DNA from: Clostridia bacterium
Lineage (GTDB): Bacteria; Bacillota; Clostridia; Oscillospirales; CAG-272
Length of the DNA stretch: 42,042 nt
Direction of reading: 5' to 3'
Assembly: GCA_017436885.1 (NCBI GenBank)
Contig: JAFSCG010000215.1
Coordinates: 1 to 42,042, forward strand
The notes under the pieces are model-generated. The model saw only the letters and a list, made by a program, of their open reading frames with translations. It ran no database searches and was not told the DNA's origin. How positions within the stretch are numbered: position 1 is the stretch's first letter; each line of letters begins with the position of its first letter. Position numbers and translations under genes: made by a program. Below, one piece after another: positions 34,474-42,042 of the stretch.

Positions 34474-36966
34474 TCAATGGCAGATAAACCAGTTATCACC
34501 CGTGCCGCATTCGGCGGGCAGGGGTACGGCAAGGCTTACAGCCTTTGACATTTCCTCCTCCAGGATACGGGCGGCATCGCCGATAAGGCCCTCGGGTGCC
34601 TCGACGAGAAGCTCGTCGTGGACCTGTAAAAGAAGCCTTGCCTCGGGCAGCTCGCTCTTAAGTCGGCGGGAAACGTTTATCATCGCTATTTTAATTATAT
34701 CCGCGGCACTTCCCTGTATGGGGCTGTTCATAGCCACGCGCTCACCGAAGGCCTGCAGGTTCTTGTTGCTTGAGCTAAGCTCCGGTATCCTTCTGCGGCG
34801 GCCGAATACCGTGCTTACGTAACCCGTCTCACGAGCCGCGGCAACAGTATCGCGCAAGTAATCGCGCACACCGGGGTATCTTTCCAGATAGCTGTCGATA
34901 TAAGCCCTTGCCTCCTTGCGGGATATGTGCAGGTCCTCCGCAAGGGAAAAATCGCCGATGCCGTATACGATACCAAAGTTAACGGCCTTGGCTCTCTTAC
35001 GCAGCTCACCTGTGACCATCTCCTCGGGAACACCGAAAACGGCGGAGGCGGTGGAGGTGTGTATATCCTCACCTCGCACGAATGCCCCACGCATATTCTC
35101 GTCGCCGCTGACGTGGGCAAGCACGCGCAGCTCTATCTGAGAGTAATCCGCATCCGCAAGCAAATAGCCCTTGCGGGGGATAAAGAATTTTCTCATCTCC
35201 CTGCCAAGCTCCGTCCTTATGGGAATGTTCTGGAGATTGGGGTCGGTGGAGGAAAGCCTTCCCGTGGCGGTAACGCTCTGGTGGAAGGTGGAGTGTACTC
35301 TGCCCTCGCTGTCGGCGGCGTTGATAAGTCCAACAACGAAAGTAGAATTAAGCTTTGTAACGTGTCTGTATTCAAGAACGAGGGAAACGATCTCGTGATG
35401 GGAAAGCTTATCCAGCACGTCGGAGGCGGTGGAATAACCGCTCTTGGTCTTTTTCGGTGCCTTCAGACCCATCTCCTCGAAAAGCACGGTTCCCAGTTGC
35501 TTTGGGGAGTTGATATTGAATTCCCTGCCCGCAAGGAAGAATATGCGGTTTTCAAGCTCCTTTGCAAGGGTCGCAAGCATCTGTCCAAAGCGCTCAAGCC
35601 CCTCGGTATCCACAAGGAAGCCCTGCTTTTCCATACCGTAAAGTATTACGGCAACGGGGATCTCCATATCAATCAGCAGCTTATATGCGCCGCTCTCCTC
35701 AAGAAGTGCCTTTTGCTTTATCCAAAGCTGCTCAGTATACTTAAGCGCGCAGGCTGTACCGGTCGGATGCTTGGCGGCAATTGCGTCAAGGCTATGGTCG
35801 GAGGTCTCGGGCTCCAGCAGGTAGTCGGCAAGCATAGTATCGAACACGCAGCCGCTTATTTCCCTTCCGGCCCAATGGCAGGCCTTTTTCAGATCGTGAC
35901 AAACAAGACTAACCTCACCGCCAAAGAAATTCTCGGCGTTTGCGGCCTCCTTCGGCTCAAGGATGTAATAGCTTTCATCGCATCCTACGTACAGGCTGCC
36001 GTCCTCTCCGAAGGAGAAAGTCGCGGTCCTTCCCTTGGTATGCAGGAATAGCTCCTCGGCACCGATCGTTTTCGCATCTGCGGGAGGATCGAAGCTGAGC
36101 TTGTCCGCCTTAAGGGAAAGCCTTTCCGTCAGCTTAGCGAAGCCAAGCTCGGAAAACAGGGCGGCAAGGCGCATATCGTCGCGCTTGACCTGTGCCGCAT
36201 CCGCGATTCCAAATCCAAGCTCCGCATCTCTTTTTATGGTGGCAAGATCGAGGGAAAGGTATGCAAGCTCCCTTCCCGTCTCCAGCTTATTTTTTTGCCC
36301 TGCGGGAATTGCGGCCTCGGGTAACGCGGCGTAAAGCGCGTCCAGATCGCCGTACTCGCCGATAAGCTTAAAGGCCGTTTTTTCGCCTATGCCGGGCACA
36401 CCGGGAATATTATCCGACGGATCTCCCATCAGCGCCTTGCAGTAAACGTAATTTTCTGCAGGTATACCGTATTTTTCCTTGAATGCCGCAGGATCCATAA
36501 CTGCGGTCTCCTTATTACCTGCAAGAAGCACCGTTGTGCTGTCGGTTATAAGCTGAAGGCTGTCTCTGTCTCCGGTGAGGAGATATACCCTCATTCCCTC
36601 CCTTTCCGCTTCTGCGGCAAAGGTACCGAGGATGTCATCGGCCTCATACCCTGCCTTTTCCGCTACGTAAACGCCCATTGCGCCGAGGCAGTCCTTAGCA
36701 ACGGGAATTTGTGCAAGCAGCTCGGGCGGAGTGGGCTTTCTGCCGGCCTTGTATTCGCCGAACATATTGTGGCGGAAGGTTGGTGCCTTTACGTCGAAAG
36801 CGGCGGCACACACGTCGGGAGCCAGAGCATCAAGCTGGGACATTACAGTATTTATCATTCCGTACACCGCATTTGTGGGGATACCGGACGGTGACGTAAG
36901 TGGCGCAATACCGTAAAAAGCACGGTTCAGTATGCTGTTTGCGTCTATTACCAGCAGTTTTTTCAT
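34474..36966 (-). CDS. polA: DNA polymerase I (5' nuclease + polymerase domains, 830 aa)
   Basis: N-terminal LLVIDANSILNRAFY 5'-3' exonuclease pattern. Polymerase motifs DYSQIELRVLAH, RRRAKAVNFGIVYG and LQVHDELLVE. ATG 36966 has GGGGAGG upstream. Confidence 0.95.
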   Translation of the reverse strand: MKKLLVIDANSILNRAFYGIAPLTSPSGIPTNAVYGMINTVMSQLDALAPDVCAAAFDVKAPTFRHNMFGEYKAGRKPTPPELLAQIPVAKDCLGAMGVYVAEKAGYEADDILGTFAAEAEREGMRVYLLTGDRDSLQLITDSTTVLLAGNKETAVMDPAAFKEKYGIPAENYVYCKALMGDPSDNIPGVPGIGEKTAFKLIGEYGDLDALYAALPEAAIPAGQKNKLETGRELAYLSLDLATIKRDAELGFGIADAAQVKRDDMRLAALFSELGFAKLTERLSLKADKLSFDPPADAKTIGAEELFLHTKGRTATFSFGEDGSLYVGCDESYYILEPKEAANAENFFGGEVSLVCHDLKKACHWAGREISGCVFDTMLADYLLEPETSDHSLDAIAAKHPTGTACALKYTEQLWIKQKALLEESGAYKLLIDMEIPVAVILYGMEKQGFLVDTEGLERFGQMLATLAKELENRIFFLAGREFNINSPKQLGTVLFEEMGLKAPKKTKSGYSTASDVLDKLSHHEIVSLVLEYRHVTKLNSTFVVGLINAADSEGRVHSTFHQSVTATGRLSSTDPNLQNIPIRTELGREMRKFFIPRKGYLLADADYSQIELRVLAHVSGDENMRGAFVRGEDIHTSTASAVFGVPEEMVTGELRKRAKAVNFGIVYGIGDFSLAEDLHISRKEARAYIDSYLERYPGVRDYLRDTVAAARETGYVSTVFGRRRRIPELSSSNKNLQAFGERVAMNSPIQGSAADIIKIAMINVSRRLKSELPEARLLLQVHDELLVEAPEGLIGDAARILEEEMSKAVSLAVPLPAECGTGDNWFICH

Positions 36967-37022
36967 TATTACCTCCCCTCGGGGCATCGGAACGCTCTTT
37001 GGCAGATCCTCCCCATAGGGCT

Positions 37023-37826
37023 TTATTGATCTATTTTATGGTGCAAGGAGCACAGCTGCGCCATGGCAAAAACGGCAAATCCGAGAATTGCGAAATCCGG
37101 GCCGAAGCCGCTGAGAAGCGGCACGCGGTTAACCGCGAAATATACGATGTTCGGTATACCGCAGAACATTCCGGTCACGACCGTTGCGCAGCAGGATGCG
37201 GTAAACAGCGCCGTCGATGGCTTGGGGCAGTTAAAGCGGCACTCGGTTATTATCATCACCGAAGCAAAGCAAGCGGCAATGATATAAACGCTCTTGTTGG
37301 GGCAGTTCATTATAAGGCCCGCATCAAAATAGGACCTGTATCCCGGCATAACGATAAAAATCGCGGGAACCAGGGAAACAGATGCACGAATAAGATTTAC
37401 CTTGTTTGAAGGTATAAAAGCATTACCGAGGATGGTGGCGCAGCTCATACCGCCGACGACGGCGATTATCATATTAAGTGAGCTTTCCACGGTGCCGGGG
37501 ATCCTTTCCTCGGACAGGGACTCAAAAATGGTAAGCAGGATCGTGAATATCAATGCGGTGGCACCCACTATATACGAGGTACGGGGAACACGCTCAAAGC
37601 CGCCAAGCCTATTACGAAACAAAAAGCACGCCACGCCGCAGGCGGCACACACCAAAAGCGCCACGGCCCAGGACCAATCCACAAGATGAATCGACTCACC
37701 AAGGTCGAAATGACCGCTTTCAACGTTGTAATTATTCAGCAGCGCTATGGTTCTCAGCAGCGCGCTTAACAGCCCTCCGCCAATGGAAGCAAGCAAGCAG
37801 AGTCTGATGACATTTTTAGTTCTCAT
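37023..37826 (-). CDS. Polytopic membrane protein, function unknown (267 aa)
   Basis: About 8 hydrophobic helices. ATG 37826 has GAGGA 7-8 nt upstream. The ORF-track start at 37853 is a TTG. Confidence 0.65.
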   Translation of the reverse strand: MRTKNVIRLCLLASIGGGLLSALLRTIALLNNYNVESGHFDLGESIHLVDWSWAVALLVCAACGVACFLFRNRLGGFERVPRTSYIVGATALIFTILLTIFESLSEERIPGTVESSLNMIIAVVGGMSCATILGNAFIPSNKVNLIRASVSLVPAIFIVMPGYRSYFDAGLIMNCPNKSVYIIAACFASVMIITECRFNCPKPSTALFTASCCATVVTGMFCGIPNIVYFAVNRVPLLSGFGPDFAILGFAVFAMAQLCSLHHKIDQ

Positions 37827-38313
37827 TTTCAATTCCTCTGAGTTTTTTGGCAAGATTAACTATCTCCAGCCCATTCTGTCGGGCATATTTAACGGTATAA
37901 AAGGTGCCTCCCGAGCCGTGATCGAGGAAGGCGATACAAACGGACGAAGCATCGCACAAACGGCGGTTACGAGTAAACATACAGCCCTGCACGTATTCGT
38001 CGCAGGCGTAGCTTACGCCGTCCGCGGCCTCGAGTATCTCGTTATACACTTTGCGGTCGCTCTCGCGCCAGCCGTTTGCCTGCCCCTTGTGAGGCAGAAA
38101 CAGTAAAAGCTTCACTTCTCCGTTATTCGTACGCGCTTCCAGAACGGCGCGCGCCGCAAGGGTATCAAATCCGAGAGCACCGCCACAGCAAAAAACTGTT
38201 CTTCCAAGAGATATCTGACGCGCCACCTCATCACGCAGCAGCGTCTTAAGTGAAAAAACATCCTCGGAAGCAATGGCGCGATGCCCCGTAAAGCAACAGG
38301 TGTTTTCTCTCAT
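37816..38313 (-). CDS. SLOG-fold / DUF1273 (YpsA-like) protein
   Basis: The N-terminal CCFTGHR motif and GGALGFD motif are typical of DUF1273. Confidence 0.75.
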   Translation of the reverse strand: MRENTCCFTGHRAIASEDVFSLKTLLRDEVARQISLGRTVFCCGGALGFDTLAARAVLEARTNNGEVKLLLFLPHKGQANGWRESDRKVYNEILEAADGVSYACDEYVQGCMFTRNRRLCDASSVCIAFLDHGSGGTFYTVKYARQNGLEIVNLAKKLRGIENEN

Positions 38314-38314
38314 T

Positions 38315-39118
38315 TCACATACCTATCACAGACATCATAGTGCCGCGCAGACCGCGACTTGCGCGGTGGGAGTAGAATAGCTCTGCCTCGCAATGGGTGC
38401 AAAGCTCGCAAACGTCAATATGCTCCTCCGCAAGACCTGCCTCCGCAAGAATGATGCGATTTGCCGTCTTGAGGTCGCAGAGGTATTTGCCCTCCGCTTT
38501 TCCCACAGTGCAAAGCAGATCTGCCTTTTTCCCAAGGGCGGCACGGGCAGCCTCGGCTACGTCCTCGCCAACCTCGTAGCATCCGCCGTTTATGGCAGGG
38601 CCGATGGCGGCGCGAATGCTTGACGGCTCACAACCGAGGTCCGTCATTTTCTCCACAGCCTTTTCCGCAATGCGGGAAAAGGTTCCGCGCCAGCCGGCAT
38701 GGACGGCGGCGCATACCTCTTTTTCGGGGTCATAGAGCAAAACGGGCACGCAATCCGCGGTCTTTATCGCCGCAAAAAGTCCTTTTTGGGAGATAACGTA
38801 GCCGTCGCCCTCCCGCAGGGCTTTTTTTACAACGCCCTCTCCGCACATATCTTCCGTAACCGTAAAGATGCGGTCGGAATGTATCTGCGGAACGGAAACG
38901 AGCCTGTCAGCATCGAAGCCCACGGCATCGGCAAGCAGCTCTACGTTTTGCAGTACCGTCTCCTCACCGTCACCACGCCCGAAAGCAAGGTTTAGGGAAG
39001 CGGTGTGCGGAAGCACGGAAACGCCGCCGATACGGGTGGCAAAGCCGTGCTTTACGCCAAGCAACACGTCACTGACGTAGTATACCACTCCGTTTTTTGC
39101 CCGTATCTGTCTGAACAT
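38315..39118 (-). CDS. pgeF: Peptidoglycan editing factor PgeF / YfiH (DUF152 laccase-domain protein)
   Basis: HGFATRIGGVS, QIHSD, ADCVPVLL and VHAGWRG motifs. Confidence 0.85.
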   Translation of the reverse strand: MFRQIRAKNGVVYYVSDVLLGVKHGFATRIGGVSVLPHTASLNLAFGRGDGEETVLQNVELLADAVGFDADRLVSVPQIHSDRIFTVTEDMCGEGVVKKALREGDGYVISQKGLFAAIKTADCVPVLLYDPEKEVCAAVHAGWRGTFSRIAEKAVEKMTDLGCEPSSIRAAIGPAINGGCYEVGEDVAEAARAALGKKADLLCTVGKAEGKYLCDLKTANRIILAEAGLAEEHIDVCELCTHCEAELFYSHRASRGLRGTMMSVIGM

Positions 39119-39125
39119 ACCCGCC

Positions 39126-40028
39126 TCACTGCTCTATCTTTATCTGCTTAATAGGCTTTATAGCGCTTCCCTCGGGGAATTTTCTTACCTCTCCAAAGGC
39201 AAAAAAGCCGTCCTTATCAAACAACAGTACTCTGCTGCCATCGGGCAAATGAGTACCTATTTTTTTCTGGTATACCTGATTTCCGCGCTTTGCAAGTCCG
39301 GCAAAAAAATCCGCAAGGAACACACGTTCAAGCTGAGGAAACGCAGTTTCCACCGGAAGCAAAAGCCCGTACCTTTCCTCAAGGCTCATCTCTTCCAACG
39401 CTTCGAAGGTATGCGCTTGAGAGAGTGTGAAGCCGCAGGCCTCGGTGCGCCTCAGTCCGCTCATAACCGCACCGCAGCCGAGAGCTTCTCCGATATCCGC
39501 GCACAAGGTGCGGATATACGTCCCCTTTGAGCAGGAAACGTCAAGCACGTAATCCTCTCCGTCAGCGGTGACGGTCAGTGAATTTATCCTAACGGGTCTT
39601 GCTTCCCTCTCCACGGTCTTTCCGCTTCTTGCAATGTCCACAAGCTTTTGCCCGTCGCGCTTCAGTGCGCTGTACATAGGCGGCACCTGCATAATATCGC
39701 CCATAAAGCCGTTTGAGCAGGATATTACCGCATCACCGTCGGGGATAGGGGCATCGGTGCTTTCCACCTTGCCCCATATATCCTCCGTATCGCTGACAAG
39801 GCCGAGACGCATCCTTGCGGTATAGCGCTTGTCACCGTCGCAAAAATATTCAGAAGCCTTTACCGCCCTGCCGATAAGCAATATCAGCAGACCGGTCGCC
39901 ATTGGATCAAGAGTGCCCGTGTGCCCGACCTCGCGGGTATCAAACAGCCTGCGCACCCTGCCAACGGCGTTGTGGCTGGTCATATTCTGAGGTTTGTCAA
40001 TAAGCAATACGCCGTACCCGAAGCTCAT
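39126..40028 (-). CDS. truB: tRNA pseudouridine(55) synthase
   Basis: GVLLIDKPQNMTSHNAV..., VGHTGTLDPMATGLLILLIG catalytic Asp motif, and QVPPMYSALK. ATG 40028 lies 7 nt after the aspS stop. The ORF-track TTG at 40079 lies inside aspS. Confidence 0.92.
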   Translation of the reverse strand: MSFGYGVLLIDKPQNMTSHNAVGRVRRLFDTREVGHTGTLDPMATGLLILLIGRAVKASEYFCDGDKRYTARMRLGLVSDTEDIWGKVESTDAPIPDGDAVISCSNGFMGDIMQVPPMYSALKRDGQKLVDIARSGKTVEREARPVRINSLTVTADGEDYVLDVSCSKGTYIRTLCADIGEALGCGAVMSGLRRTEACGFTLSQAHTFEALEEMSLEERYGLLLPVETAFPQLERVFLADFFAGLAKRGNQVYQKKIGTHLPDGSRVLLFDKDGFFAFGEVRKFPEGSAIKPIKQIKIEQ

Positions 40029-40035
40029 AGGGATA

Positions 40036-41829
40036 TTACTCTTCCTCGGTGCGGGTAATGGCGATGGAAAGCTCCTCAAGCGCCTTTGCGTCTGCCGCGG
40101 CAGGGCACTTGGTCATAAGCTCGGATGCGTTCTGCGCCTTGGGGAACGCGATAACGTCGCGGATGTCCTCAAGACCAAGCAGGAGAGTTACGAGACGGTC
40201 GAAGCCGAAGGCAAGACCGCCGTGAGGGGGAACGCCGTACTTGAACGCGTCAAGCAGGAAGCCGAACTTGGCCTGTGCCTCCTCGGAGGTAAAGCCGAGA
40301 GCCGCAAACATTCTCTGCTGGATCTCGGGATCGTGAATTCTGATGGAGCCGCCGCCGATCTCGGTACCGTTCATAACGATATCGTACGCAATGGCGCGAA
40401 CGTTTCCGCGGTCGGTATCAAGCTTGTCGATATCCTCGGGATTGGGCATTGTGAAGGGGTGGTGCTTTGCGTAGTATCTGCCGTCCTCCTCGGAGTACTC
40501 GAAGAGGGGGAAATCAGTTACCCAAAGCAGCTTGGTTTCCATGGGGTCAAGCAGACCAAGGCGCTTTGCACACTCGCAACGGAGGGCGCCGAGAGCCGCA
40601 AACACGGTGTCGTCCTTGTCGGCAACGATGCAGATAAGGTCGCCGTCCTCAAATTCCATTCTTTCAAGTATTGCCTTGTTCTCCTCCTCGGTAAGGAACT
40701 TGGCGTAAGAGGAGGACACCTCGCCCTTGTTCATCTTGTACCAAGCCATTCCCTTTGCCTTGTAGGTCTTTGCCATCTCACCGAGGCCGTCGATCTCCTT
40801 GCGGGGCATGGAGCCGCCGCCCTTAACGTTAATGGCGCGAACGCTTCCGCCGTTTTCAACACAGCCGGCAAACACCTTGAAGGAGGTCTTTCCTGCAATA
40901 TCGGATATATTCTTCAGTTCAAAGCCGAAGCGTACGTCGGGCTTATCGGAGCCGTAACGCTCCATTGCCTCAGCATAGGTAAGGCGGGGCAGGGGAAGCT
41001 GGATATCCTCGCCTCTGAACTCCTTCCATACCTTTTTGAGGAAGCCCTCGGTGGTGGCAATAACGTCCTCCTGAGTAACGAAGGAGTACTCGGTATCTAT
41101 CTGGGTGAACTCGGGCTGGCGGTCAACGCGCAGGTCCTCGTCGCGGAAACAGCGGGCAAGCTGGAAGTAACGGTCAAAGCCCGATACCATCAGAAGCTGC
41201 TTATAAAGCTGGGGAGACTGGGGCAGAGCGTAGAACTTGCCGGGATGTACGCGGCTGGGAACGAGGTAGTCGCGTGCGCCCTCGGGGGTAGGTCCTATAA
41301 GGTTAGGGGTCTCTATCTCAAGGAAGCCCTCTCCCATATAATACTCTCTGGTGATCTGAGCGATCTTGCTTCTTGCAATAATGTTTCTCGCAAGGTCGGG
41401 ACGGCGGAGGTCAAGGTAGCGGTAGCGCATACGCAGCTCGGGACGCACCTGACTGTTCTCCACGATCTCGAAGGGAGGAGTTTCGGAGCGGGAAAGCACC
41501 GTAAGCTCCTTAACGGCGATCTCAATAGCGCCCGTGGGGATCTTGTGATTGATAGCGTTCTCTCCTCTGCTGCGGACAACGCCCTTTGCCATAAGAACGG
41601 TCTCGGATCTTACGCCGTATGCGGTCTCGAAGCTTGCGGCGTCGGTCTCCTTATCGAAGGAGAGCTGAATGATGCCGCTGCGGTCGCGCAGGTCGATAAA
41701 GATAAGCTGACCAAGGTCGCGCTGACGCTGGGTCCAACCCATAACCGTAACGTTTTTGCCGATGTCCTTTTCGCTGAGCTCGCCGCATCGGCAAGTTCTC
41801 TTGTCGTTTTCCGTAAGTAAATTAGCCAT
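40036..41829 (-). CDS. aspS: Aspartate--tRNA ligase (bacterial type, 597 aa)
   Basis: OB-fold N-terminus, class II motifs FRDEDLRVDRQPEFTQID and GGGSIRIH, and PPHGGLAFGFDRL. Confidence 0.96.
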   Translation of the reverse strand: MANLLTENDKRTCRCGELSEKDIGKNVTVMGWTQRQRDLGQLIFIDLRDRSGIIQLSFDKETDAASFETAYGVRSETVLMAKGVVRSRGENAINHKIPTGAIEIAVKELTVLSRSETPPFEIVENSQVRPELRMRYRYLDLRRPDLARNIIARSKIAQITREYYMGEGFLEIETPNLIGPTPEGARDYLVPSRVHPGKFYALPQSPQLYKQLLMVSGFDRYFQLARCFRDEDLRVDRQPEFTQIDTEYSFVTQEDVIATTEGFLKKVWKEFRGEDIQLPLPRLTYAEAMERYGSDKPDVRFGFELKNISDIAGKTSFKVFAGCVENGGSVRAINVKGGGSMPRKEIDGLGEMAKTYKAKGMAWYKMNKGEVSSSYAKFLTEEENKAILERMEFEDGDLICIVADKDDTVFAALGALRCECAKRLGLLDPMETKLLWVTDFPLFEYSEEDGRYYAKHHPFTMPNPEDIDKLDTDRGNVRAIAYDIVMNGTEIGGGSIRIHDPEIQQRMFAALGFTSEEAQAKFGFLLDAFKYGVPPHGGLAFGFDRLVTLLLGLEDIRDVIAFPKAQNASELMTKCPAAADAKALEELSIAITRTEEE

Positions 41830-41865
41830 TTTTATATTCCTTTCCGGGCATAGCCCATCACATGA

Positions 41866-42042
41866 TTAAACTTCTTCATCTTCGCTTGGTCTGTATTTTT
41901 CCGTCGCCTGCATTATGTCGTCCACGATAGTATCAAGAACGTATTGCAGGAAGTAGCTTCTCTGCTTCAGAAAAGCCGCCGGATCGTTATTCTTCTCCAT
42001 AATCAGCGTTTCGCAGGCGTCCTCGAGAGCGTCGGGATACCC
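41866..42042 (-). CDS. 3' end (58 codons) of an unidentified upstream gene, truncated by the window edge
   Basis: Hand translation of the minus strand gives an open frame from the window edge to TAA at 41866-41868: GYPDALEDACETLIMEKNNDPAAFLKQRSYFLQYVLDTIVDDIMQATEKYRPSEDEEV*. No family recognised. Confidence 0.4.
   Translation of the reverse strand, partial: GYPDALEDACETLIMEKNNDPAAFLKQRSYFLQYVLDTIVDDIMQATEKYRPSEDEEV

Noticed and set aside
40029-40079. N-terminal extensions in the ORF track: truB from 40079, the M23 lysin from 9092, the membrane protein from 37853, the AT-rich gene from 27974, the ACT protein from 29692, the scaffold from 17038 and polA from 36987.
   Set aside because: The four extended starts I checked at codon level are TTG (truB 40079, M23 lysin 9092, membrane protein 37853, AT-rich gene 27974). 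The polA start at 36987 is an ATG, but the GGGGAGG SD lies within it. The truB and scaffold extensions lie inside the upstream gene. In every case an internal ATG or GTG with a good Shine-Dalgarno sequence exists. I used the internal starts but cannot prove them without N-terminal data.
39994-41820. A 608-aa plus-strand ORF, the longest of many large plus-strand ORFs. Others include 2780-3787, 3942-4874, 5112-5969, 30535-31683, 32951-34195 and 34927-36051.
   Set aside because: Each lies antisense to a minus-strand gene whose product is unmistakable (aspS, rpsC, rplB, rplD, the wecA-like gene, the aminotransferase gene, polA). Their translations are low-complexity G/A/L/V/R-rich strings. Long antisense open frames like these are common in GC-rich coding DNA.

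Overview
This 42-kb window comes from a moderately GC-rich chromosome (about 55-60% by eye) that looks like Firmicutes/Clostridia. Only one convincing gene is on the plus strand, the AraC regulator; all other gene calls are on the minus strand.

(1) 98-6803 holds the 3' part of the spc operon and the complete S10 ribosomal-protein operon, in order rpsJ-rplC-rplD-rplW-rplB-rpsS-rplV-rpsC-rplP-rpmC-rpsQ-rplN-rplX-rplE-rpsN. It has a near-consensus promoter at 7040-7068 and a structured leader of about 230 nt that contains a terminator-like hairpin.

(2) 7201-20835 is a tightly packed 13.6-kb phage-derived operon. In transcription order it encodes a TerS-like fragment, TerL, a Cys4 mini-protein, portal, scaffold, major capsid, three neck/tail ORFs, two coiled-coil fibres, a small ORF, a holin-like ORF, an M23 lysin with an SLH-like tail, an LL-H-like holin and an acidic 288-aa ORF. 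No integrase, repressor, replication genes, tape measure, tube or sheath is visible, and the block abuts intact host genes on both sides. This is the most interesting object in the window. It is either a very recent prophage deletion derivative or a host-retained, GTA-like short-tailed particle module.

(3) 20976-24821 is a sugar locus: an EamA/DMT transporter and a GH36-like glycosidase, with a divergent AraC regulator driven by a perfect consensus promoter.

(4) 25030-26993 encodes an ABC-2 type exporter (permease plus ATPase).

(5) 27153-27959 is a strikingly AT-rich orphan gene.

(6) 28013-42042 is a long housekeeping string: UPF0210/ACT pair, membrane proteins, a WecA/TagO-like transferase, trpS, an aminotransferase, polA, a SLOG/DUF1273 protein, pgeF, truB, aspS and a partial upstream ORF.

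I recognised no tRNA, rRNA, CRISPR array or transposase. All functional calls rest on my own reading of the translations. No database search was run.
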